Positions 7,615 to 15,083 of a stretch of 57,004 nucleotides of DNA are shown in pieces (position 1 is the first letter of the stretch; the number at the start of each line of letters is the position of its first letter). The notes beneath the pieces were generated by a model. It was not told the origin of the DNA. It was given only the letters and a program-made list of their open reading frames with translations, and searched no databases. The stretch is from a virus. The stretch covers positions 1 to 57,004 of IMG/VR virus record IMGVR_UViG_3300047497_000008; one strand, given 5' to 3'. A program made the translations under genes and the position numbers.

Positions 7615-7629
7615 GATTTAGACTCCTTC
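7590..7629. repeat. 40-bp repeat copy 2 (start region of gene 7237..7614)
   Basis: cgagatccagtacgaactcaggcatgatttagactccttc. Confidence 0.9.
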
Positions 7630-8010
7630 TTTCGGCACTTCAGCGGTAAGGGATTCATAGAACATTTGCCCTATGTAATCCTTAATATCGTTACGATCAC
7701 GACCGGATACCGTGACATTAATTTCATGAGCAAGGGATGGACGAATGATAACATTGTGTTCCGTCCATCCATCGTAACATCCGTTCTCATCCATACGATG
7801 AAACGACGTACGGAACACCAGCTTTTCGGGAGTCGAGTTCAGCATATCGAAAGCCGTTCCAGAGTCGAATCCGGAACCGGACGGCAGGCATTCGCGACAA
7901 ATGCTGACAAGCCTATCTCTGTGGTTGTGTTCCCAGATGGTATTGCCTGATTTCTGGCAATTCTCGATTGCCGCGACAAGCGACGCGATTTCACGGTAAA
8001 CCTTAGTCAT
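7618..8010 (-). CDS. hypothetical protein
   Basis: 130-aa ORF. The initiation cassette GTAGGAGTCTGAATCATG is the minus-strand reading of 8008-8025. Confidence 0.65.
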   Translation of the reverse strand: MTKVYREIASLVAAIENCQKSGNTIWEHNHRDRLVSICRECLPSGSGFDSGTAFDMLNSTPEKLVFRTSFHRMDENGCYDGWTEHNVIIRPSLAHEINVTVSGRDRNDIKDYIGQMFYESLTAEVPKEGV

Positions 8011-8021
8011 GATTCAGACTC

Positions 8022-9263
8022 CTACTCGATATTGAAGGGAACGACGATTCCGAATGGTGCTGTATCGTCACCAGTCGAAAGCCAAAGAACGGGATAGGTC
8101 GGAACGATTGACGGAAAAGACCCGTACAGATCCGTCAAGTAAATCAGGCAATCGGGATCTTGTCCGAACCCTGATATCTCGTCAAAAACAGGCTCAAATC
8201 TTGTCCCTCCCGTTTCTGTGATTTCCAGCGTCACGGGATAATCGTTTGGCGTAAACTGGACAACGCCAGATACGCGGGAGTGACAGTAGATCACTGTCAC
8301 CAGATCCGGCTTGACGTCTTCAAGTACCGCGTTAACCATCCCTGAGAACGCGTCTAGCTGTATCCTGCCGATCGATCCGCTCGTATCAACTGCGATCACG
8401 ATATGACCGGGACGTTCCGTGACCATGGATGGCAGATAGAGATTATGCGCGATATAGCGGCGATTAGGCCGCGCTAGGCTGTAATCCGATTTGACCTGCG
8501 ACGTCACGAAATCACGCAACAGGGCAGCCGGATCAACGGGAGGATGTTTTACGCTGTTCAGGATGGCGCGTGTTAACGCGTTTCCCTGTCCGCGCTTTTC
8601 GGCCGCGTTCGCGGCTTGCTCCGCCGCGATCTTCCAATCGCCTGCATCGGGTATCGGATCGCCTTCGGAAGTCATTCCGTCCGGCGCCGGTCGCATGCCG
8701 CCGAACGAGTCAGATGGCTCATCCGATGGCGCGTCGCCATCGCCACCAGCGTCGCTAGGAGCGTCACCAGACGCGCCATCGTCCGATTGGCTATCATCGC
8801 CGCCGGCATCGTCTTCCGCCTCTGTACGCTCATCCTGTTGCGACTGAGAGGGCGCCTTGTCCTGTAGCAGCATGCGATACACGGTATCGGCTGATTTCCC
8901 GGTAAACCGCGAGTCTATCAACACATCCGAGGGTAGCGCAAAGCCGGCTTGTAGGATCATAGGGTTGATCACGTAATCGCATGCACGGTTCCATGTCTCA
9001 TGATCGCGCGTCTTGAGTCGCGAGATATGATCGAAAGCGCAATGCATGACTTCGTGGCAAACGAGTCCCTGAGTTTCGGGAAGACTCAAGGAGTCTATGA
9101 AACTCGGATTGTAACGGAGCGTGACTCCATCCACATCCGCCGTGGGGATATCCGTGCATTCTTCTAACCTAAGACGCAACGCCAAGATCCCGAAGAACAC
9201 CTGACTTTGAACCATTCCGGTTCTCGCCTTAACGAGTTTATGCAAAGCAGTGAGACGTTCCAT
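8022..9263 (-). CDS. VWA-domain protein with N-terminal HExxH metallopeptidase-like domain (DUF2201-type)
   Basis: HEVMHCAFDH in the N-terminal half, an acidic linker, and the MIDAS-like IAVDTSGSI. ATG 9263 has AGGAG 7 nt upstream. The track extension to 9326 only adds the palindrome. Confidence 0.8.
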   Translation of the reverse strand: MERLTALHKLVKARTGMVQSQVFFGILALRLRLEECTDIPTADVDGVTLRYNPSFIDSLSLPETQGLVCHEVMHCAFDHISRLKTRDHETWNRACDYVINPMILQAGFALPSDVLIDSRFTGKSADTVYRMLLQDKAPSQSQQDERTEAEDDAGGDDSQSDDGASGDAPSDAGGDGDAPSDEPSDSFGGMRPAPDGMTSEGDPIPDAGDWKIAAEQAANAAEKRGQGNALTRAILNSVKHPPVDPAALLRDFVTSQVKSDYSLARPNRRYIAHNLYLPSMVTERPGHIVIAVDTSGSIGRIQLDAFSGMVNAVLEDVKPDLVTVIYCHSRVSGVVQFTPNDYPVTLEITETGGTRFEPVFDEISGFGQDPDCLIYLTDLYGSFPSIVPTYPVLWLSTGDDTAPFGIVVPFNIE

Positions 9264-9305
9264 ACCGTGACTCCTGTAGGTTAATCGGTTCCAGAAATGC
9301 GCGTC

Positions 9306-9318
9306 GGAACTTAGTTCC
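9306..9318. repeat. GGAACTTAGTTCC palindrome
   Basis: Intergenic, 43 nt upstream of ATG 9263 (VWA gene). Confidence 0.95.
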
Positions 9319-9338
9319 GCGCGCATCTTAGCAAACGA

Positions 9339-10220
9339 CTAGTAGCAATCTTGCATCGACTCCATGATCGTTTTAGCCGACTCCAGAACTTCCATGCGTA
9401 CCGTTTCATCCTCCCGTAGTGTCTCGGGATCGTAAACACAAAGCCGATCCTGCATTTGTGAAACGAGACTTGCGATTCGCGGATCGTCGGTGAAGTTCAA
9501 ACCCGGCAGCCGTTCCACTAGATCGCGGATGTTTTCCACCAGCGTATCGGCGAACCTATTCTTACGTTTGCCTTCCGCCGTGACTTCAAACTTGGAGAGC
9601 CGTTCCACCATTGTCGAGACACAATCGACAATGCCGCCGTCACGGGTGAGCAGATCCCGTATCGCCATATCCGCCGTCGTGTTGATCCGAGACTCTATGT
9701 CCGTCCTGATTCGCTCGATTTCGTCGGATTGCAAGTTGACGCGGAAGTCAGGTGCTTGCGGCAACGGCATAACGGACGTCGAGAACGCGAATTTCCGCTC
9801 GATTCGGGAGATAGGCGGATAATCGCTCGAGTCGAATGCAGATCCGAGATTCGTCCGTGCTACACGGACGGCTTGCTGATAGTCGCCGAGAAATTCAAGA
9901 ACCGAGTTTTCATAGTCGTTCTTAAACGCGCGCATCGCCTCGATATATTTGAGATAGTTCGCCGCTGGCAAGATTCGGTATCCCGAGTCCGCCCAAGGTA
10001 AAGTCATTTTATAGTGGTAGGTTCGCGCATTGCCGCGTGCCTTTTCGACCGCTTTCAACGACTCGGAATCGACTAGGCTTTTCCAGACTCGCAGATGCCC
10101 ATCTTTCGCGCCTTTCGACGCGATGATTTCGGCCGTGGAGTCTTTGTCCAGTTTGCCGCCGGACCATGCAGAGATAGAGAGGAATATGAGCATCGTCTTA
10201 GACGCTAAATCGATTGCCAT
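9339..10220 (-). CDS. hypothetical protein (possibly DUF3150-like), middle gene of the ATPase/VWA cassette
   Basis: 293-aa ORF with the GAAGGAGCCTGAATCATG cassette. The family guess is from memory only. Confidence 0.7.
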   Translation of the reverse strand: MAIDLASKTMLIFLSISAWSGGKLDKDSTAEIIASKGAKDGHLRVWKSLVDSESLKAVEKARGNARTYHYKMTLPWADSGYRILPAANYLKYIEAMRAFKNDYENSVLEFLGDYQQAVRVARTNLGSAFDSSDYPPISRIERKFAFSTSVMPLPQAPDFRVNLQSDEIERIRTDIESRINTTADMAIRDLLTRDGGIVDCVSTMVERLSKFEVTAEGKRKNRFADTLVENIRDLVERLPGLNFTDDPRIASLVSQMQDRLCVYDPETLREDETVRMEVLESAKTIMESMQDCY

Positions 10221-10223
10221 GAT

Positions 10224-10541
10224 TCAGGCTCCTTCCGCGATTCGGAGTGCGCACATCACATCGTCACGATTCACGTATCCCTCGAGTCCGGTGGTCCTGT
10301 CGTCACGATCGATAACGCGACGAAGGAGCCTACAGGCACGCTCGTACGTGAGCTGATCCCCGTACAGCGATCGCGAGTGCGGTCCAGTGTCCAGCGACCA
10401 TTTAGCGCCGCATGCCAGACTGTGCAGGATCGGTAGCGCTTGCTGCGCACGGAGCCGCAACTCGGAATCGCTGAACACGGACTCTTGATCCGCGCGCATA
10501 TCCGCATGGAATTTAGCCCAGAAAACTACATCGTAAGACAT
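10224..10541 (-). CDS. hypothetical protein
   Basis: 105-aa ORF packed tightly between the ATPase gene and the 293-aa gene. Confidence 0.6.
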   Translation of the reverse strand: MSYDVVFWAKFHADMRADQESVFSDSELRLRAQQALPILHSLACGAKWSLDTGPHSRSLYGDQLTYERACRLLRRVIDRDDRTTGLEGYVNRDDVMCALRIAEGA

Positions 10542-10553
10542 GGTCGGTTCCTT

Positions 10554-11615
10554 TCAGATCAGAATGTCAGAATGCTTGGAACCCCAGGCGATGAACGCGG
10601 GAGTCGATGCCAGGGCGCCGTTTGCCGCCACAGCGGACGTTACTAGAAACGCCGCTATCTCCGGCGCCATCCGCTCCGCATATCGGAGCACGGTCGCAAA
10701 GTTCTCGTCTGTCGCATTCCGGGCCAGCATTCCCGCGCAAGCGAATAGGACGGAGGGATCTGTCGGGACGTCGATCCCCTCTGGATCGCGTAGGATCGAC
10801 GCTAGCCGTGGCATGCGATCCGCCACGCGCATGAAACCGAGAAACTCGATCGCGACGCTCCTACCGATGGTCCCCTCGATCAGCTCGCGTTCGATTCCCG
10901 CGCGCGGGAACGGCACGTCACGACCCTCGGTCGCATCGTACCGCGCCATGCAATCCGCCGACTCATGGAGCGTGTCAGATACCGCATGCCATGTGCGCGG
11001 AGACGGGAAAGCGTCGGCGAGGGGATCGAACGCGTAGAACACGGACTGATTCTTGTGTTCCCGGAACTGTAGGAAGGCCGGGACCATCGGGTGAATGCCA
11101 ACCGTCGCCGCCCATTCACACCATTGGGCGAGATCCGGCTCTAGGCTGACAACCTGCATACGGGATAGGACAGTTGCAGGGAGTCGCGTGCCGTTCACTC
11201 TGTCGGATAGGAGATTCGCGGCCGCAATAATCGTTACGTTGTCACCGAGTCTGTGACCGTGGCTCTGACGCGTATGGATGACATTCATTAACGCGTTTAG
11301 GACAGCCGGCGTTGCCTTGTCCAGCTCGTCGAAGAACAGGATTACGTGTTCATCGGAACTAAGTTCCGGCATGATGACCGGTCGCAGGTAAGTCAGCCGA
11401 TCCCCTACAGGATACGGAAGACCTCCCGCGTCAACGGGATCGAGGCGAGCCGCCTCATAGACATAGACCCGCGCGTTGTTCAGGATCTTGGCGGCGGCAA
11501 ACGGTACCGCGCTCTTGCCTGTCGCGGGAGATCCCCTTAGCAGGATCGGACGGCGACGCGCGACAGGGGATCTCGCCCTATCGCATACCATGTCAATAGC
11601 TTCATTCGGTTTCAT
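10554..11615 (-). CDS. AAA+ ATPase, MoxR/CbbQ (AAA_5)-like
   Basis: Walker A LLRGSPATGKS and Walker B VILFFDELDKA. 353 aa with an AAGGAG RBS. Confidence 0.85.
   Translation of the reverse strand: MKPNEAIDMVCDRARSPVARRRPILLRGSPATGKSAVPFAAAKILNNARVYVYEAARLDPVDAGGLPYPVGDRLTYLRPVIMPELSSDEHVILFFDELDKATPAVLNALMNVIHTRQSHGHRLGDNVTIIAAANLLSDRVNGTRLPATVLSRMQVVSLEPDLAQWCEWAATVGIHPMVPAFLQFREHKNQSVFYAFDPLADAFPSPRTWHAVSDTLHESADCMARYDATEGRDVPFPRAGIERELIEGTIGRSVAIEFLGFMRVADRMPRLASILRDPEGIDVPTDPSVLFACAGMLARNATDENFATVLRYAERMAPEIAAFLVTSAVAANGALASTPAFIAWGSKHSDILI
11355..11367. repeat. GGAACTAAGTTCC palindrome
   Basis: Inside the AAA+ ATPase gene, read as PELSS just before Walker B. Confidence 0.95.
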
Positions 11616-11662
11616 TCGGTTCGCTCCTTAACTCGTTATCGTATCGTTATCGGCGATACGCT

Positions 11663-11693
11663 GTAGCACCTGAGAGTCCATCTCAGGTGCTAC
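11663..11693. other. 13-bp-stem perfect hairpin / 31-bp inverted repeat
   Basis: gtagcacctgaga gtcca tctcaggtgctac. No U-run follows on either strand. Confidence 0.8.
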
Positions 11694-11702
11694 CGCATAG
11701 CG

Positions 11703-11777
11703 TCAATGCGGGAGAGTCTGGACAAGCGCGGCGAACATCGCCGCGACGCATGCCAGCAAGAGGATTCGCGCGATCAT
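11703..11777 (-). CDS. possible 24-aa hydrophobic micro-ORF
   Basis: MIARILLLACVAAMFAALVQTLPH starts 6 nt after the RHH gene stop and has GGGTGA upstream. It is too short to be confident. Confidence 0.25.
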   Translation of the reverse strand: MIARILLLACVAAMFAALVQTLPH

Positions 11778-11781
11778 TCGA

Positions 11782-11991
11782 TCACCCTTTCTTCGATTTG
11801 AGGGAAACGAGTTTACCGGTGGAAACGTCGCGGCATGGACCCGCGACAAGGTTCCGATTCGCGCGCATCAGTTCGGCGATACGCTGGAGTTCGGGCAGGC
11901 ATTCGGCCGGCACCCAGATGTTGCATTGACACAGCCCTTGCTCGACAAGCCGAGCCTTGTGATTCCGTTGACGTTCCGCGCTTGTGGCCAT
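11782..11991 (-). CDS. putative ribbon-helix-helix regulator
   Basis: MATSAERQRNHKARLVEQGLCQCNIWVPAECLPELQRIAELM follows an RHH-like pattern. ATG 11991 has GGGAG 9 nt upstream. It sits at the divergent switch region. Confidence 0.5.
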   Translation of the reverse strand: MATSAERQRNHKARLVEQGLCQCNIWVPAECLPELQRIAELMRANRNLVAGPCRDVSTGKLVSLKSKKG

Positions 11992-12087
11992 GATCCCAAA
12001 CTCCCGTCGGTCGCGGCGTATCGGGCCGCAAGGCAAGAGGTAATGCGTTATCCCAAGGTTTTCAAGCGAAAAACCGAAGAAAATTCA

Positions 12088-12109
12088 GGAAAACGTACGG
12101 AAAACGTAC
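12088..12109. repeat. 11-bp direct repeat x2 (ggaaaacgtac) in the divergent intergenic region
   Basis: Direct reading. It lies between the RHH gene and the plus-strand operon, so it is an operator candidate. Confidence 0.7.
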
Positions 12110-12427
12110 GCGAATCGCGCGCGGGATTGATAAGACGCGCGCGGTATCCTTTAATATACGCGTCCGCGCGATCGCCCACGTATATAAGGGCCAGTCTATA
12201 CTGAAATTCGGAAACCAGATCGGCACAAAACCTGGTTCTGTACTACGGTTTTACTTGACGACTATTGGGGCTGGCCGCTATTTGAAAACCCTGTCGCACT
12301 CCCCCGGCCCGATGCCAAATTTGAAAAATCGGAAAACCAATCCCCCGCCCCCACGATCGAGCTTGACTTACCGCCAAGCTGCCGTCAAGATCTCCTGTCA
12401 CCGATGGACGACAGGAGAAGCTATTCA

Positions 12428-12919
12428 ATGGACGCATTTTCGTATGGCTGCGGGATCGTCACCGTCTACGGAGTAGGTCTCGCCGCCTCAATATACTCGT
12501 TCTGGAGGGACGGGGATCGACCGCGCAAACGCAAAACCAAAGTCGATCCACCTGACGCGAACCACACCTATTTAAGCCGCAACGTCGAGGACGCTGCCGG
12601 CGTCGATCGCGCGGTTCTCGGCGTGCAGCTCGCTTATTGGCGCAACCAGTGGGGTGTGATGAGTCAGCCGCAACGGCTGTACATGGCGGCGCGACTGGCC
12701 GGACACGATCACGATTTCGCCGCGGCGCAGGCGATGCTCAACGCGCATGTGCATATCGAGGATTTCGTCAAGCGCGGAGAACCGACCAGCTCGCCAGGAG
12801 TCAACGAGCCGATCGGTTCTCTATCGACGGACGCCGCCGATACAGCGCCGTCTCGCGTCACGGGTGATGAAGCGCCCGACGAGCGAAATACTAGATGGCC
12901 GAAAGATCCCCGTCAATGA
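12428..12919 (+). CDS. hypothetical protein with N-terminal TM helix
   Basis: ATG 12428 has AGGAG 10 nt upstream. N-terminus: MDAFSYGCGIVTVYGVGLAASIYSFW. Confidence 0.6.
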   Translation: MDAFSYGCGIVTVYGVGLAASIYSFWRDGDRPRKRKTKVDPPDANHTYLSRNVEDAAGVDRAVLGVQLAYWRNQWGVMSQPQRLYMAARLAGHDHDFAAAQAMLNAHVHIEDFVKRGEPTSSPGVNEPIGSLSTDAADTAPSRVTGDEAPDERNTRWPKDPRQ

Positions 12920-13146
12920 GTTTGAACCAACAGATAGAGTTCCTGAGATACGCGTTACGGAACAACCTCTTAACTCGTTCTTATAAGCCTTGCACAAGAT
13001 GCAAAGGTGAGGCTCGCGGGCCGTGGGGCGGATTGACTCCGTGGGGAACGCTTATTGTGGTTCCGTGTCCGGCGTGCGACGGAAAAGGTTACGTCGAGAA
13101 TAATTCAACCGAAGCGAAAAATGTTCTTGACGGCAAGTCCGTTTAG
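12895..13146 (+). CDS. small DnaJ-type zinc-finger protein
   Basis: CTRCKGEARG...CPACDGKGYV, which gives CxxCxGxG motifs. Confidence 0.6.
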   Translation: MAERSPSMSLNQQIEFLRYALRNNLLTRSYKPCTRCKGEARGPWGGLTPWGTLIVVPCPACDGKGYVENNSTEAKNVLDGKSV

Positions 13147-13184
13147 ACCCTAGGGTACACAACCGGCCGATACCGGATTGGTTC

Positions 13185-13197
13185 GGAACTTAGTTCC
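13185..13197. repeat. GGAACTTAGTTCC palindrome (19-bp TTCGGAACTTAGTTCCGAA, 13182-13200)
   Basis: Intergenic, 26 nt upstream of ATG 13223. Confidence 0.95.
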
Positions 13198-13222
13198 GAA
13201 ATCGCTACAAGGAGATATCTCT

Positions 13223-13510
13223 ATGGACTCCAAGACTCTACGGGCTCTCCGCTCAAGGGAAAGCATTTGTCTCGAAAACGAGACGAACGACCCGGCCACC
13301 GTCAGCATCGTGCAAGCGAACGTGTCGGAGGGGTTGGAGCTGATCCGATCGCTATCTGATCGTGGCGTAGGCGATCCGCTGCTCGCTGCTTTGGCCTTCG
13401 CCGTGCAACACGTTTCTGACTCCGTTCGTCTTATCCCGAACGGCAGCGAGGCGTATGTCGTTCTCAAGATCAAAAGGGGTGCGCCGGAAACCCGGAGTAG
13501 CATGCGATGA
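13223..13510 (+). CDS. hypothetical protein
   Basis: ATG 13223 is preceded by AAGGAG. The track extension to 13178 only covers the palindrome. Confidence 0.55.
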   Translation: MDSKTLRALRSRESICLENETNDPATVSIVQANVSEGLELIRSLSDRGVGDPLLAALAFAVQHVSDSVRLIPNGSEAYVVLKIKRGAPETRSSMR

Positions 13511-13833
13511 TCTGCCCGGCGTGCGAAGGGGCCGGAGTCCGCTGCAAGTTCGCCGCGCAAGGTGGCAAGATGCTACGCGTATGGCGTAGCTGCCACAAGT
13601 GCGAAGGCTCCGGGCGCATCGCGGACTATCAGGATTTCTACAGTCAATCGTCACTACTGAGAGGAACATTCAAGATGAACCATCTTCGTTCGTTGTTCCG
13701 CGACGATCGTGGGATTACGGCCCTGGAGTTCGGGCTTATCCTGGCGCTAATCGCCGTGATCGTCGCGTCAACCGTCAATCTGTTAGGCACAGACGACGGC
13801 AAGATTTACAACGTCGTTAGCCGCACCCCGTAA
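13507..13833 (+). CDS. DnaJ-type zinc-finger module fused in frame to an Flp-family prepilin-like module
   Basis: ATGA overlap with the upstream stop. N-terminal half: CPACEGAG...CHKCEGSGRI. C-terminal 52 aa look like an Flp pilin. Confidence 0.65.
   Translation: MICPACEGAGVRCKFAAQGGKMLRVWRSCHKCEGSGRIADYQDFYSQSSLLRGTFKMNHLRSLFRDDRGITALEFGLILALIAVIVASTVNLLGTDDGKIYNVVSRTP
13675..13833 (+). CDS. Flp/Fap-family type IVb prepilin-like protein (internal start option)
   Basis: MNHLRSLFRDDRG|ITALEFGLILALIAVIVASTVNLLG contains the G-x4-E-[YF] prepilin motif and the hydrophobic helix. GAGAGGA lies about 10 nt upstream of ATG 13675. Confidence 0.55.
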   Translation: MNHLRSLFRDDRGITALEFGLILALIAVIVASTVNLLGTDDGKIYNVVSRTP

Positions 13834-13847
13834 CAGGAGGACGCGTT

Positions 13848-14258
13848 ATGCACTTCGATGTATTGCGGGAAGCCAACGCCGCCCGTGTCGGGCTGTTCAA
13901 GAATGCCAAAGGCGAGACGCAACACTCAGGCGTTGGTGCCGGCGACGAATGGACGCCGAACGATTGGTTTACGGCCATGGCCGGCGAGCTTGGTGAAGCT
14001 GGGAACGTCCTCAAGAAAATCAGGCGCGGCGACTTCACGATGGACGAAGCTCGTCATAAGGTCGCGCAAGAACTGGCCGACGTGGTTATCTATCTCGATA
14101 TGCTGGCCCACGCGTGCGGAATCAATCTCGGGCAAGCGGTGATGGATACATTTAACGCCAAGAGTCGGGAAAAGAGTTTGCCTATCCTCATTCGTGAACG
14201 CGGCCTCCATCACGGGCGGCATCAGTCGTATTGCGTGATAGATACGAACAAACCATGA
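13848..14258 (+). CDS. MazG-like nucleoside triphosphate pyrophosphohydrolase
   Basis: AGGAGG RBS. Motifs AMAGELGEAGNVLKKIRRGD and ELADVVIYLDMLAHACGINL. Confidence 0.8.
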   Translation: MHFDVLREANAARVGLFKNAKGETQHSGVGAGDEWTPNDWFTAMAGELGEAGNVLKKIRRGDFTMDEARHKVAQELADVVIYLDMLAHACGINLGQAVMDTFNAKSREKSLPILIRERGLHHGRHQSYCVIDTNKP

Positions 14259-14857
14259 GCTTCGATTTCCTGCTGCACGATGTTGTCGGCTACGCCGATT
14301 TCGAGGATGACGACGGAGTTCCAGCCATCAAACAGTTTCGCACCCTCCTAACTCGGCGCTGGGGTGGATCGGACGGCAGGAATTTCGTGCTTTGGGTGAT
14401 GCTCAACCCGTCAACGGCAACCGGCGTTCGGAACGACCCGACGCTGAAAGCAATCATAGAAATGACGCATAACATGGGATACAACGCGCTGCGCGTCGTC
14501 AATCTCGTGACCTACAGAACGTCAATACCGAGTCAGCTCTACGCATGGCTGGATAAGCAGAAAGAACCTCAAGGCGCGTATCTCGACAAGTGCGCGAATC
14601 TGATATGGTTCCAGATTCAACTCGCAAGCGAAGTTATCCTGGCCCACGGGCAACACGTTCTTGTGAAACGCCGCGAACCGTGGCACCGCGTACTGTTGCG
14701 AACGCAAGCCCAGCTCGTGTACAAGTTCACCGTTGACGCCGGCCACGTTCCGTTGTGCGTCGGCGTCAATCGAGACGGCTCGCCGCGTCATCCGCTGGCG
14801 CGCGGTGGGCATCGCGTACCGCGTGACGTGATCCCGCAACCGTTCACAATGAGGTAA
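14255..14857 (+). CDS. DUF1643-family protein
   Basis: ATGA overlap with the upstream stop. RRWGG...FVLWVMLNPSTATGVRNDPTLK...GYNALRVVNLVTYR matches the DUF1643 signature as I remember it. Confidence 0.7.
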   Translation: MSFDFLLHDVVGYADFEDDDGVPAIKQFRTLLTRRWGGSDGRNFVLWVMLNPSTATGVRNDPTLKAIIEMTHNMGYNALRVVNLVTYRTSIPSQLYAWLDKQKEPQGAYLDKCANLIWFQIQLASEVILAHGQHVLVKRREPWHRVLLRTQAQLVYKFTVDAGHVPLCVGVNRDGSPRHPLARGGHRVPRDVIPQPFTMR

Positions 14858-14860
14858 GGC

Positions 14861-15058
14861 ATGAGTCGGTATCTAGGAGCACGTACCAAGTTCACGTTGA
14901 GAATCCCGCTTGAGCTGCATGTTACGCTTACCAGATCCGCCACGTGGCTTGGCGTACCGCTCAACGATTACATCATAAAGCGTTTACGTGAGGTAGAAGG
15001 AACATATGTCAGTGCCGAAATCACCGAGACCCCGCAAACCGCGCGCCAAAAAATCTAA
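14861..15058 (+). CDS. Arc/MetJ-type ribbon-helix-helix DNA-binding protein
   Basis: FTLRIPLELHVTLTRSATWLGVPLNDYIIKRL reads as a beta strand plus two helices. The stop lies 3 nt before the 19-bp palindrome 15061-15079. Confidence 0.65.
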   Translation: MSRYLGARTKFTLRIPLELHVTLTRSATWLGVPLNDYIIKRLREVEGTYVSAEITETPQTARQKI

Positions 15059-15063
15059 CACTC

Positions 15064-15076
15064 GGAACTTAGTTCC
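15064..15076. repeat. GGAACTTAGTTCC palindrome (19-bp CTCGGAACTTAGTTCCGAG, 15061-15079)
   Basis: The 19-bp form starts 3 nt after the Arc-like gene stop. The core lies 8 nt upstream of ATG 15084. Confidence 0.95.
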
Positions 15077-15083
15077 GAGACAC

